Assembly: GCA_026993705.1 (NCBI GenBank)
Contig: JALWSJ010000405.1
Coordinates: forward strand, 1 to 37,645
DNA from: Flavobacteriales bacterium
Lineage (GTDB): Bacteria; Bacteroidota; Bacteroidia; Flavobacteriales_D; Parvicellaceae
Direction: 5' to 3'
Length of the DNA: 37,645 nucleotides
The position numbers and the translations under genes were made by a program. Each line of letters begins with the position of its first letter. Position 1 is the stretch's first letter. The notes beneath the pieces are model-generated. The model made no database searches. It was not told the origin of the DNA and worked only from the letters and a program-made list of their open reading frames with translations. Of the stretch, positions 28,479 through 37,375 are shown piece by piece.

Positions 28479-29852
28479 TTACTTTCCGATACAGAAATTA
28501 GCAAAAATATTTCCTAGTAAATCGTCGCTAGTTACTTCTCCTGTGATACTTCCAATATGGTGAAGTGCTTGGCGAATGTCCATAGCGACAAAATCTCCTG
28601 AAACGTTTTGTTGTAGCCCTTCTAATGTTTTTAGTAAATCTAATTCAGCTTGTTCTAATGCCTGCACATGGCGAGCGTTGGTTATGATAATATCACCTGA
28701 GTTTAATTTATCAGCATCAATTACGTTTAGTAATTTGTTTTTTAATGTTTGAGTTGAGTTGTTTTCTTTTGCAGAAATCAGTAGTAAATTATCTCCAAAG
28801 TGTTGTATTAACTCCTCTTTTCTTTCTTGTGAGATCAAATCCGTTTTGTTGGCTACAATAATGTTGGAAATTCCTTTAGGGAATTGGTTTAAATCTTTTT
28901 CTACGTCTTTAATTTTCGTGTTTTTTGCATCAAAAAGATAAATATATATGGCTGACAAGTTAACTTTTTCCAGTGCCTTTTCTACTCCTTGTTTTTCAAT
29001 TTCATCAGAGGTTTCCCTTAGTCCGGCAGTGTCGATAAAGCGGAATAGAATACCATTTATATTTAGCGTTTCTTCAATGGTGTCGCGAGTTGTTCCTGCG
29101 ATATCGGAAACAATTGCACGTTCTTCATCCAATAAGGTATTTAAAAGTGTGGATTTTCCTGCATTTGGACGACCTACAATAGTTGTCTGTACTCCATTTT
29201 TTATAGCGTTTCCCAGTTTAAAGGTGTTTTTTAGTTTTTGTATAAAATCGATGGTTTCGGAAACTAAAGAAATCAATTCTTTTCTATCGGCAAATTCTAC
29301 ATCTTCTTCAGAAAAATCCAATTCTAATTCTATGAGAGAAGCAAAGTCCATTAATTTTTGACGAAGTTCTCGAAGTTGATTACTAACACCTCCTTTCATC
29401 TGTTGCATAGCAAGACGATGAGTTGCTTCACTTTGTGCATGTATTAAATCTGTGATAGCTTCGGTTTGAGTTAGGTCAAATTTTCCATTAAAGAAAGCAC
29501 GTTTCGAAAATTCGCCGGGTGAAGCCAATTTTGCTCCATTTTTTAATAATAATTCAATGATTTTTTGCTGAATATAGTTTGAGCCATGACAGGCTATTTC
29601 TACGCTATTTTCACCCGTAAAGGAATGTGGTGCTCTAAAAACAGTTACCAGAACATCATCTACCACTTGTTGGTTTTCTGAAATTGTACCGTAGTGAACA
29701 CTATATCCCTTAACGTTTGTTATTTCTTTTGAGAATATTTTGTTTACTATTTTAATCGCATTTTCACCGGATAACCGGATGATTGCAATAGCTCCAATAC
29801 CTCTTGGTGTGGCAATTGCACAAATAGTATCAGTTGTGTTTTTATGATTCAT
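28479..29852 (-). CDS. mnmE: tRNA modification GTPase MnmE (TrmE)
   Basis: DTICAIATP N-terminus, G domain GRPNAGKSTLLN / DTAGLR / NKTD, and the C-terminal FCIGK. The start is set at MNHKN (29852), because the longer ORF to 29906 overlaps the patatin gene 3' end. Confidence 0.93.
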   Translation of the reverse strand: MNHKNTTDTICAIATPRGIGAIAIIRLSGENAIKIVNKIFSKEITNVKGYSVHYGTISENQQVVDDVLVTVFRAPHSFTGENSVEIACHGSNYIQQKIIELLLKNGAKLASPGEFSKRAFFNGKFDLTQTEAITDLIHAQSEATHRLAMQQMKGGVSNQLRELRQKLMDFASLIELELDFSEEDVEFADRKELISLVSETIDFIQKLKNTFKLGNAIKNGVQTTIVGRPNAGKSTLLNTLLDEERAIVSDIAGTTRDTIEETLNINGILFRFIDTAGLRETSDEIEKQGVEKALEKVNLSAIYIYLFDAKNTKIKDVEKDLNQFPKGISNIIVANKTDLISQERKEELIQHFGDNLLLISAKENNSTQTLKNKLLNVIDADKLNSGDIIITNARHVQALEQAELDLLKTLEGLQQNVSGDFVAMDIRQALHHIGSITGEVTSDDLLGNIFANFCIGK

Positions 29853-29859
29853 GAAGGTC

Positions 29860-30765
29860 TTATTCGGGTTGTATAATGGTAGATTCTGAGCGTACTCGCT
29901 TGGCATATTCGCACCCTTCCTTCCACCATCGTTTCATTCTGTTGGCATTGAATACCAAAGAGTTTTCTGTGAGTTTTCTCGGAGTATGATAGATATTGAT
30001 TTTTACTTCTCTATTTTTTGCCCGTAATTTTGATAATTCCAAACGACTAGCTGTTGTTTGATCTAATAAGTAATCAAACACATTGAAAAGTAAATCTATT
30101 GCATTTGCAGAGTGCATCCTATTTGATAAGGATTCGATTGGGTCAAGAACAATAACGTCTATCTCGGTAGCTCCGGCATCAATGGCAGATTGAATAGGAA
30201 TATTATTCCCGAATCCACCATCTCCGTATTCCATACCGTTTTTTGTTACTAAACTCATAAAAGGAAGAAAATTTGCAGAAGCCCAAACCCAGTCGCAAAA
30301 ATCTTCATAGCTGTGTTCTTTTAATGACTTGTACTCTACGATGTTTCTGGAAATGTTTGATACAGTAACGATAACATCTTTTTTACTAAGCTTTATCGCT
30401 TCAAACTCTGTTTTTGTAAAAAATTTACCAATGGTTTTTCTTAATTTTTTTGAACTGCCAAAGGTTTTATTCCCACGAAGAAATGACCGCAAGATATTGA
30501 GGTGATGTATCTTTATATTAACGACCCCTTTTTTTATTTTGACTTTGTAGGGGTTGATGGTAAAAATATCTTTTTCCGTTATATGTGTATATATCTCTTT
30601 CGCTTTAGCTAAGTTTCCGGAAGCAAGCAAAGGGATTAATAAACTACCGGTAGATGAGCCTGTGAAAACATCATACTCAATTCCCAAGTTGTTGATGAAG
30701 TGTTCTGCCATTCCTCCGGCAAAGGCTCCTTTACTTCCTCCTCCTGATACAACTAAAGCTCTCAT
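29860..30765 (-). CDS. Patatin-like phospholipase
   Basis: 301 aa with the oxyanion motif GGGSKGAF, the nucleophile elbow GSSTGS (GxSxG) and the catalytic Asp motif DGG. Confidence 0.85.
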   Translation of the reverse strand: MRALVVSGGGSKGAFAGGMAEHFINNLGIEYDVFTGSSTGSLLIPLLASGNLAKAKEIYTHITEKDIFTINPYKVKIKKGVVNIKIHHLNILRSFLRGNKTFGSSKKLRKTIGKFFTKTEFEAIKLSKKDVIVTVSNISRNIVEYKSLKEHSYEDFCDWVWASANFLPFMSLVTKNGMEYGDGGFGNNIPIQSAIDAGATEIDVIVLDPIESLSNRMHSANAIDLLFNVFDYLLDQTTASRLELSKLRAKNREVKINIYHTPRKLTENSLVFNANRMKRWWKEGCEYAKRVRSESTIIQPE

Positions 30766-30769
30766 TTTA

Positions 30770-31549
30770 TTAATATTTTATTACAAGGTGTTGTTTGGGT
30801 AGTTCTTTTCTAAAAAAGACAATTCCCATTTGAAAGATATCTACTGTTGTTGTTACTTTATTGTGGGTTTTTATTTCTTTCCACGCTTTGGTCATTCCTT
30901 CCGACCAATAAATATCATCAAAAACAAAGATAGTGTTATTATGTGTTTTTGATAGACATTGCTTGAAGTAATTTAACGTTGATTTTTGAGTATGGTTACC
31001 ATCAAAAAAGACAAAATCAATTTTTTTTTTATCTTTAACAAAGAGGGGTAAAGTTTCATCAAAATTACCTTTGACTAATGTTACATTGTTTAACTTTAGT
31101 TTATTGAAATTTTCTTTAGCAATCTGAGCGATATTGGAATCGCCTTCTAAAGTTGTTATATCAGCTATTTTTCTTGCTTTGGCTATGTATGCAGTGCTTA
31201 TCCCTAGAGATGTGCCTATTTCCAAAGCATTGGTAACTTGAAAGTAATTAGCCAAACGAAAGAGTAATTGTCCGTATTTAGGTGGTTTAGAAGCTGATTT
31301 TACAATTTTAGAAACCGTTTTTGTCTTGTTGTTTCCTTTTTTAGAACCGGCTCCTAAATCATTAATTTCTATTTTTCGATTATCCAGTATGAGTTGTTTT
31401 CTGATTAACTCAATTGCTTCAAAGGCATAGAATCTATCTTTAGTATCGAAAACTTGCCGCATTAAATCAAACACAAACGGGGAATGAACTCCGTGAGCTC
31501 CTTTTGCCTTTTTTAGGTAGCGAAAATAAGATTTTGTTTGATGTAACAT
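30770..31549 (-). CDS. Class I SAM-dependent methyltransferase (O-methyltransferase-like)
   Basis: 259 aa with motif I-like ALEIGTSLGIST and the downstream acidic and FFDGNH / FDDI blocks typical of the Rossmann MTase fold. Confidence 0.65.
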   Translation of the reverse strand: MLHQTKSYFRYLKKAKGAHGVHSPFVFDLMRQVFDTKDRFYAFEAIELIRKQLILDNRKIEINDLGAGSKKGNNKTKTVSKIVKSASKPPKYGQLLFRLANYFQVTNALEIGTSLGISTAYIAKARKIADITTLEGDSNIAQIAKENFNKLKLNNVTLVKGNFDETLPLFVKDKKKIDFVFFDGNHTQKSTLNYFKQCLSKTHNNTIFVFDDIYWSEGMTKAWKEIKTHNKVTTTVDIFQMGIVFFRKELPKQHLVIKY

Positions 31550-32386
31550 TTAATGAGCAATAGCCTCTTGTTTAGTTGGTTTATTTGTTATATCGTCTAA
31601 TTCCATACTGGTTAATCCTCTTAATCCTTTTGCTAATTTTCTGAAGTATTTTGCCAAGGAAGTTGTTTCCAACGGAATATCGACAGGAATATTAAGTGAA
31701 ATAGGAATCATTGCATCTACCGGCATTGGTCCGTTGAAGGTGATTCTAGCTTGCTGTTTGATTGGTATTTTTACCGGAACCATCACATCTACCGGGATTC
31801 TCATTTCAATACCGATAGGTAACGTGTCAATGATTAACATATCTACGGGAATAGTGCTTTTTACAGGTAAAGGACCGTTGAAATCTACATGCAAATCTTG
31901 TTTTAATGGGATTTTAGATTTGATAGGGATGGAAGGTCCTCTGTCTTTTCCGAAAATGGTCATTTTCATTTTTTGGTCAAGTGGGATGGTGTCATCTACA
32001 GAAATAGAAATGGGTTCTGTTACCCAAATTAAGGTGTCTAAAGATATGTAGTCGTGAACGCCCATTCTGATTGGTACGAGCATTTCTTCGGTAACGGGTA
32101 TCTCTGCTGTAAACGGGATTTCTGTATTAATAAACATATCAATATTAACGATAAGTTCATCGGTTACCGATATGGCAGAGTTTAATGGTATTTCTTGGTT
32201 GACTTCAACTTCTGTTTGTATGTGTTGAATAGCCATTTCTTCCATGGTGTCGCCTATGCCGTTTAATCGTATGCCCATAACATTTAATGCGACAAGTAAT
32301 ACTACAATGATTCCCAAGCTCAGAATAAAGGCAAGGATTAAAAAGAGCATCGTTCTTTTTTGGAATTTTGTAAGGTTTTTGAACAT
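31550..32386 (-). CDS. Hypothetical single-pass membrane protein with repeated I/L-P-V/I motifs
   Basis: 278 aa with the N-terminal TM segment LFLILAFILSLGIIVVLLVAL. The ectodomain is full of short IPV/IPI/LPV/MPV motifs. Its stop abuts the MTase start with no gap. Confidence 0.55.
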   Translation of the reverse strand: MFKNLTKFQKRTMLFLILAFILSLGIIVVLLVALNVMGIRLNGIGDTMEEMAIQHIQTEVEVNQEIPLNSAISVTDELIVNIDMFINTEIPFTAEIPVTEEMLVPIRMGVHDYISLDTLIWVTEPISISVDDTIPLDQKMKMTIFGKDRGPSIPIKSKIPLKQDLHVDFNGPLPVKSTIPVDMLIIDTLPIGIEMRIPVDVMVPVKIPIKQQARITFNGPMPVDAMIPISLNIPVDIPLETTSLAKYFRKLAKGLRGLTSMELDDITNKPTKQEAIAH

Positions 32387-32389
32387 AGT

Positions 32390-33043
32390 TTATTTTTTAT
32401 AAAAATTCATCTCGTCAATATACTTTAGTACGGGTTTCGTCAGTAAGTAACGAACATCTTTACCTTCTTTAATTGATTGGCGGATAAAACTTGCTGAGAT
32501 ATCCATTGTGGGAACATTCTTTAGCACTTGTATTTTATCGCTTTTTACTTGTATGGGTTTTACCTCTTTTTCTTGTATGGTTTTGTTTCGCGGATAAACT
32601 AAAATGGGGGTGTATTTTAGTATTTCTTCGTAATTTTTCCATTTGTGTAATGACCGAAGATTATCTTCTCCCATTATCAATGCAAATTCTTTCTTGGGGT
32701 ATTTCTCACGAAGATGAACGAGGGTGTTTACCGTATATGAAGGTTGAGGTAAATGAAATTCTATATCGGATGCTCGAAATTTAGGGTTATCGTCTATGGC
32801 TTCTTTTACTAAGTTTAGACGATGATGGTCGGCTAGTAGTGTTGCTTTTTCTTTGTGAGGGTTGTGTGGTGATACCACAAACCATACTTCGTCCAATGGA
32901 GTAAACTCCACGAAATGATTGGCTATGATTAAATGCCCAACGTGTATAGGGTTAAACGTGCCAAAATACAGCCCTATTTTTTTTGAGTACTCGCCAGGGT
33001 CTCCCCAAATTAGCCGATTGACATCGATTGAAAAATCTTCCAT
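32390..33043 (-). CDS. nadD: Nicotinate-nucleotide adenylyltransferase
   Basis: 217 aa with GTFNPIHVGH (the (H/T)xGH nucleotidyltransferase motif) and the ISASFIR (ISSTxxR-like) motif. Confidence 0.9.
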   Translation of the reverse strand: MEDFSIDVNRLIWGDPGEYSKKIGLYFGTFNPIHVGHLIIANHFVEFTPLDEVWFVVSPHNPHKEKATLLADHHRLNLVKEAIDDNPKFRASDIEFHLPQPSYTVNTLVHLREKYPKKEFALIMGEDNLRSLHKWKNYEEILKYTPILVYPRNKTIQEKEVKPIQVKSDKIQVLKNVPTMDISASFIRQSIKEGKDVRYLLTKPVLKYIDEMNFYKK

Positions 33044-33047
33044 TGAG

Positions 33048-33719
33048 TTATTTACAAACTTTTTTTAACTGTGCTGTTATATAGACTTCAACATTTGGCC
33101 ATAATTTGCTTACGCCATCTTCTCCTGTGTGTTTTTCTAAACAAACTTCGTGTAGGTTGTCTAATGATTGGTGAGCATTCCAATCGTCAACTGTGAGTTC
33201 TGTTTTGAAAATTATTTTGTTATCTGCGTCTAATTTCCATGAGAAGTTTTGTTCTTTTTCTACGCCATTCATACCAATAACTACTACTGCAACTCCTTCG
33301 TTGTCGCCTTCGATGGATTTTACTGTTCCGGTTATAAACTCAGTATTTTCCATTGTGCCAAAGAAATTGTTTTTTAGTTTTACATCTCTTCCTTCGTTTC
33401 CTGAATTTACAGATTGAGTAGAGATTTTAACTGTTGCTCCTTTAAATAATTCTGCTGGAGTATCTGCGTGTTCTGGTACTGTTATTTCTACGTTATCAAA
33501 GACTCCTTTTACTGGTGTTTTTGCTGTATGTTTAAATGATGTCCATTCTAATTCTATAGAGTTTTTGTCCAAGGCTAATGAACAATGTTCTTTTTCTTCG
33601 TGTTTTTGTTCTTGTGTTGCATGTTCTTGGTGTTCTTCGTGTGATTTTTCTTCGTTTCCACATGCGTTAAATGCTACGATTGTTCCTGCTGTTAAAAAGC
33701 TGATAATTATTTTTTTCAT
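33048..33719 (-). CDS. YceI-like lipoprotein (putative polyisoprenoid-binding protein)
   Basis: 223 aa with the lipoprotein-like signal ...TIVAFNAC followed by a His/Glu-rich linker. The YceI-like blocks are LEWTSFKHTAKTPVKGVF and NSGNEGRDVKLKNNFF. Confidence 0.5.
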   Translation of the reverse strand: MKKIIISFLTAGTIVAFNACGNEEKSHEEHQEHATQEQKHEEKEHCSLALDKNSIELEWTSFKHTAKTPVKGVFDNVEITVPEHADTPAELFKGATVKISTQSVNSGNEGRDVKLKNNFFGTMENTEFITGTVKSIEGDNEGVAVVVIGMNGVEKEQNFSWKLDADNKIIFKTELTVDDWNAHQSLDNLHEVCLEKHTGEDGVSKLWPNVEVYITAQLKKVCK

Positions 33720-33787
33720 TTTCTTTTTTTTGTTAATCTGTTTATATTTTTTTATTTCAATTCTTCTGAGTAAAACTTATATATTGT

Positions 33788-33969
33788 TCAAGAAAACTAA
33801 ACTCCGTTTTCTTCTCGCTCATTTTCTCCGCGTTAGGGATAGGAGTGGCATCCTTTTGGGTTGTTGCGTATATGCAACCCAAAAGATATAACGGATAGCC
33901 CGACCTATTTTTGCAAAACAAACGTTTCGCGATAGCGATATGTTTGTTTTGCAAAAATAGGGAACGCCC
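33788..33969 (-). repeat. Structured intergenic element, copy E
   Basis: Reverse complement reads TTAGGGCGTTCCC, hairpin 1 (a perfect 20-bp stem CCTATTTTTGCAAAACAAAC/GTTTGTTTTGCAAAAATAGG), TCGGGCTATCCGTTATAT, hairpin 2 (CTTTTGGGTTG..CAACCCAAAAG), GATGCCACTCCTATCCCTAACGCG, then the tail GAAAACGGAGTTTAGTTTTCTTG. Box 1 lies 11 nt past the stop of the co-oriented CDS 33981..34475. Confidence 0.85.
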
Positions 33970-33980
33970 TAATTAGTTTC

Positions 33981-34475
33981 TTATTCAAACTCTATCAATA
34001 CTTTGTTCTTTTCTACCGTATCTCCTTTGTTAACCAATAGACTTTTTATTTTTCCATCTTTGGGTGATTTTAGTATGTTTTCCATTTTCATAGCTTCCAA
34101 AATCAAGACGGGGTCATCTTTGGCTACGGTGTCGCCTTCGGCTACTTTTATATCGAATACAACGCCGGGCATTGGTGCTTTTACTTCGTTTATTTTTTGT
34201 CCTGCTCCAACGGTCATATTCAATGATTTTAGCAATTCATCGTACTCATCCGTTAGGTTTACTTCAAAGCGATTTCCGTCTATTTTCAGGATGACGTTTT
34301 TCTTGTTAATATCGTATTTGAGTAAGCGAGTAGTGTACTTTTTTCCGTTGTAAGAAACGCGTAGTTCATTGTCTTTTTCGTCAACAATTTCTATAAAGAA
34401 ATCTTTTCCCTTTAGTGGATTTTCGTTGTTAGGATAAAATTCTATGCTTTCTTTTTGGTTGATTAATGCTTTCAT
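33981..34475 (-). CDS. Biotin/lipoyl-carrier domain protein (acetyl-CoA carboxylase biotin carboxyl carrier-like subunit)
   Basis: 164 aa with the C-terminal biotinyl domain and the LEAMKMEN motif. Confidence 0.8.
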   Translation of the reverse strand: MKALINQKESIEFYPNNENPLKGKDFFIEIVDEKDNELRVSYNGKKYTTRLLKYDINKKNVILKIDGNRFEVNLTDEYDELLKSLNMTVGAGQKINEVKAPMPGVVFDIKVAEGDTVAKDDPVLILEAMKMENILKSPKDGKIKSLLVNKGDTVEKNKVLIEFE

Positions 34476-34500
34476 TTCAAAAGGCGATTGTTTATTCGCT

Positions 34501-34508
34501 CAAATATA
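34501..34508 (-). promoter_or_regulatory. Candidate -7 promoter box (TAnnTTTG) for the biotin-carrier gene
   Basis: Plus strand CAAATATA equals TATATTTG on the minus strand, 26 nt upstream of the ATG at 34475. Confidence 0.3.
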
Positions 34509-34550
34509 AAGCATTTTTAAAGTTTTGCCTTATTTTTTCTTAAAAAAGGT

Positions 34551-37277
34551 TTAGTCTTCGTCAAATTCTATTGAAATATTGTGCTTTTGTGGTTGTGCTG
34601 AGTCTTGTGCTTCGAGTTTTTGTAGCCACTTGCTTTTCTTTTTGGGTTTCTCTTTGTCTTTTGCTTGTTCCTCCTCTTTTTCTGGATAAGTATCGTCTTC
34701 TTCCCAGCTTTCTATTTCAAAAGTAGGTGTGGGTTTGGGTGGAGGACTGTATTTTAAAGAACTGTCTTGTTTAAATAATCCGAATTCATCTTTGAGGATG
34801 CTTTTTACATTTTTCTTTTCCTCTTCTTTGAGTTGTTTTTTTAGGGCTTTCTTTTCTGCCTTATCTAAACTATATTTTATTTCGGTATCTAAATTTCCGT
34901 AAACGCGGATAAATAAACGTTTTCCTAATCCATCGTTTTGTACAACGCCAAATTCGTTTTCTTTTTTCTTTTTGATAAAATTTCGAACATCAAAATTGAA
35001 ATGGTAATCAATATCGTTATTGAAGGTGTGCGTACCATAAAAACCAATTTCGGCGATATTGGTTTTTATGGTGGTTCGCGGGAAACTAATGGTTTGGTTG
35101 CTGATAAGCACGGTGTGATTGAAGTCGCTAAATTTTACACGTTTGATTTTTTGTGATAATTCTTCGGTATTGACGACTGCTTTTACTAATTTATTACTAT
35201 TAAGATACTCTACTAATTCGATTAAGGTGGGTTGATTTATGAGTTCACCATTTTTTATGTTAATGTTTGATTTCACGGTTATTGATGGTGTGATTAAATA
35301 AAATCCGGGGGTGTAGAGAAAAGCAAAATCCATCTTTAGTCGCCCTTTGCCTTTGATGTTTTTATCGGTTAAATAGTTTTGCCCGAAATTATCCACTGAG
35401 GCGAAAAATTTTGGGATATTGACATTGTCTAGTACGGCTTTTCCATTCCAAATAAAATGGTTATTTTGCAGTTGTTCGAGTTCGGATTTAAAGACAACAT
35501 TTCCTTCACTTGTTGAAAAATGAATGTTTTTGGATTTTAATATTTTATTATTGAGTTGAATCAGAGCCTTAAAATTATTTGCGGTAAAGTGTGAATAACG
35601 AATTTCACCAACCGAGGCATCTAACTTTAGTCTTATTCTTTCGGGGAATTTTAAGGAGTCTGTTTCGCTATTGGTTTGATTTTCTTCTGTGCCTTTGAGT
35701 TGGTTAATGAATTGTTCCAAGTCTATTTCCGGCGATTTAACGGATGCAGAAACAACGAGCGTTTCGGTTCCGGTGAACAGATAGGGAAAAAAGTTGCGTA
35801 ACGAAGCGGTTACTTCAACATCAGAACGAGCAATTCTTCCTGAAAAGGATTTTACCAGCAGGTTTTTGTTGTTTAATACGGTTACACCGGTTAAGTTCTC
35901 AAATGTTACTTCAGTTAAATTTGTTTGCAGGTTTACTTCCGAAAAGCGAAATGTTCCGGAAGAGTGGTCAACATTAAAGTGGTTACCTCTCATAATCCCA
36001 TTGATTGTATAATCAACATTAATAGTTCCGTTTAGGTTTGTGATTTCTTTACGATTTAAAAAGCCGTTTAGTATATGTAAATCAAATTGACCTTTTAGAT
36101 TGGCATTAACGATAGGGTTAGCCAAGTTTTGTATTGTTATTCCTCCGGTAAAATCCCCTCCGTTTCCCGATAGTTTTCCTTGTATGTCTTTCAAGGTTAA
36201 AATGGTATTGACTTTTTTGTTCAGGTTTGAGTATTTCCCCGAGAAAGACAAGCCGTTTAAGGTTATATTGTTTGTCTTTTCCGTAAATTCTCCGTTTTTT
36301 AGATTAAAATCAATAACTGTTCGAGGGGTTTTATCTTTTGAAAGTTTACCTTTTATATTGGCCGTAAAACTAAAGACACCTTTAGAGTTGTAGTAGTGTA
36401 AATCTGCCAAAAGTTCTTTTGGGAAAACCGTCAAAGCAGCAGCTAAATTTATTTTTTTGCCTTCAATAGACAAATCTACCATAGAAGGAGTATTTCCATT
36501 ATACTCTCCCGTTACGTTAAATCCTAAATTTTCAATACTAACATCTCCTTTTTTAAATTGATATGTATTGGTTAAATTATCCACCGCTAAGCTAATATTC
36601 AGCGAAGTGTTTTTTTCTTTCAAATACGAAACACCACCACTAACAACCGAAGTATATTTTAAATCACCGTCAGATATTAATGTATATTGCTCGTCCGAAA
36701 AGTTTCCTCGCAGGTTTATTCTGGCAGTAGAAAAGTCAATGTATTGTTGTTGTAGAGCATTTCTATAAGTAAAAACAAGATTTTTTAACACTACTTTTTT
36801 TAAGTCAAAAGAAAATTTTGAGTTGCTGTTTTTGGTTGTATCACTCTTCCAAATAGTGTAATTTTCCTGCCCTTTTTCGTTTATTCGGGGTTTTAAAACA
36901 CAGTTTTTTGCTTTTATGGTTTGCACTGCATAATTTCCTTTCAGTACATCAACAACATCTATATTCAAGTAAAGCTGTTTTGTGTAAAAAAGCGTATCTA
37001 TTCTATCAGTATCAAGATTATCCTCAATCAAAACATTAGAAAAACGAAGTGAAGCCATTGGAAATTGGTCTATCAACGTCAGTTCAATATTCTTGACCTG
37101 TACTTTGGTAGAAAGATGTTCATTCAGCTTTTGAACGGCAAATTGTTTGATTTCCTTCTCGTAAAGTCTGACAATGATTGTCGAAATCACTAGAAACAAA
37201 GCCACTAAAGCAACGGCGGAAAGAACAAACCTCTTTACCCAAGTAATCCAAACCGATATTTTTTTTTCTTTTTTCAC
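34551..37277 (-). CDS. AsmA-family-like large envelope protein (N-terminal TM anchor, Lys/Glu-rich C-terminal tail)
   Basis: The long ORF's maximal extent is 34551..37331 from a TTG. It has a basic N-terminus plus the TM segment FVLSAVALVALFLVISTIIV, a long beta-rich body and a charged tail. A GTG at 37277 is preferred because a TAnnTTTG box lies inside the longer extension. The start is uncertain, and the family call rests on architecture only. Confidence 0.55.
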   Translation of the reverse strand: MKKEKKISVWITWVKRFVLSAVALVALFLVISTIIVRLYEKEIKQFAVQKLNEHLSTKVQVKNIELTLIDQFPMASLRFSNVLIEDNLDTDRIDTLFYTKQLYLNIDVVDVLKGNYAVQTIKAKNCVLKPRINEKGQENYTIWKSDTTKNSNSKFSFDLKKVVLKNLVFTYRNALQQQYIDFSTARINLRGNFSDEQYTLISDGDLKYTSVVSGGVSYLKEKNTSLNISLAVDNLTNTYQFKKGDVSIENLGFNVTGEYNGNTPSMVDLSIEGKKINLAAALTVFPKELLADLHYYNSKGVFSFTANIKGKLSKDKTPRTVIDFNLKNGEFTEKTNNITLNGLSFSGKYSNLNKKVNTILTLKDIQGKLSGNGGDFTGGITIQNLANPIVNANLKGQFDLHILNGFLNRKEITNLNGTINVDYTINGIMRGNHFNVDHSSGTFRFSEVNLQTNLTEVTFENLTGVTVLNNKNLLVKSFSGRIARSDVEVTASLRNFFPYLFTGTETLVVSASVKSPEIDLEQFINQLKGTEENQTNSETDSLKFPERIRLKLDASVGEIRYSHFTANNFKALIQLNNKILKSKNIHFSTSEGNVVFKSELEQLQNNHFIWNGKAVLDNVNIPKFFASVDNFGQNYLTDKNIKGKGRLKMDFAFLYTPGFYLITPSITVKSNINIKNGELINQPTLIELVEYLNSNKLVKAVVNTEELSQKIKRVKFSDFNHTVLISNQTISFPRTTIKTNIAEIGFYGTHTFNNDIDYHFNFDVRNFIKKKKENEFGVVQNDGLGKRLFIRVYGNLDTEIKYSLDKAEKKALKKQLKEEEKKNVKSILKDEFGLFKQDSSLKYSPPPKPTPTFEIESWEEDDTYPEKEEEQAKDKEKPKKKSKWLQKLEAQDSAQPQKHNISIEFDED

Positions 37278-37294
37278 AAACAATCTTAATCGCA

Positions 37295-37302
37295 CAAAAT
37301 TA
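37295..37302 (-). promoter_or_regulatory. Candidate -7 promoter box (TAnnTTTG) for the AsmA-like gene
   Basis: Plus strand CAAAATTA equals TAATTTTG on the minus strand, 18 nt upstream of the GTG at 37277. Confidence 0.3.
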
Positions 37303-37375
37303 CATTCATTAATATTCGTTAGATAAGTCAAACGTAAAAGATACGCTAATATACATGTTGATAAACTATCCGTTC

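Noticed and set aside
28948-29361. 137-aa plus-strand ORF antisense to mnmE, and similar antisense ORFs (31734..32051, 34003..34353, 36100..36393)
   Set aside because: They are embedded antisense in well-supported genes and have Ser/Phe-rich low-complexity composition typical of antisense frames.
29853-29906. 18-codon N-terminal extension of mnmE
   Set aside because: It overlaps the patatin gene 3' end, and MnmE orthologues begin shortly before the DTI.AIATP block. The ATG at 29852 gives a clean 7-nt intergenic gap.
29860-30765. Patatin-like phospholipase as the effector of a CBASS-like or other anti-phage system
   Set aside because: No cyclase, nucleotide sensor, NTPase or other defence-associated partner lies nearby. 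The gene sits in a housekeeping cluster (nadD ... mnmE).
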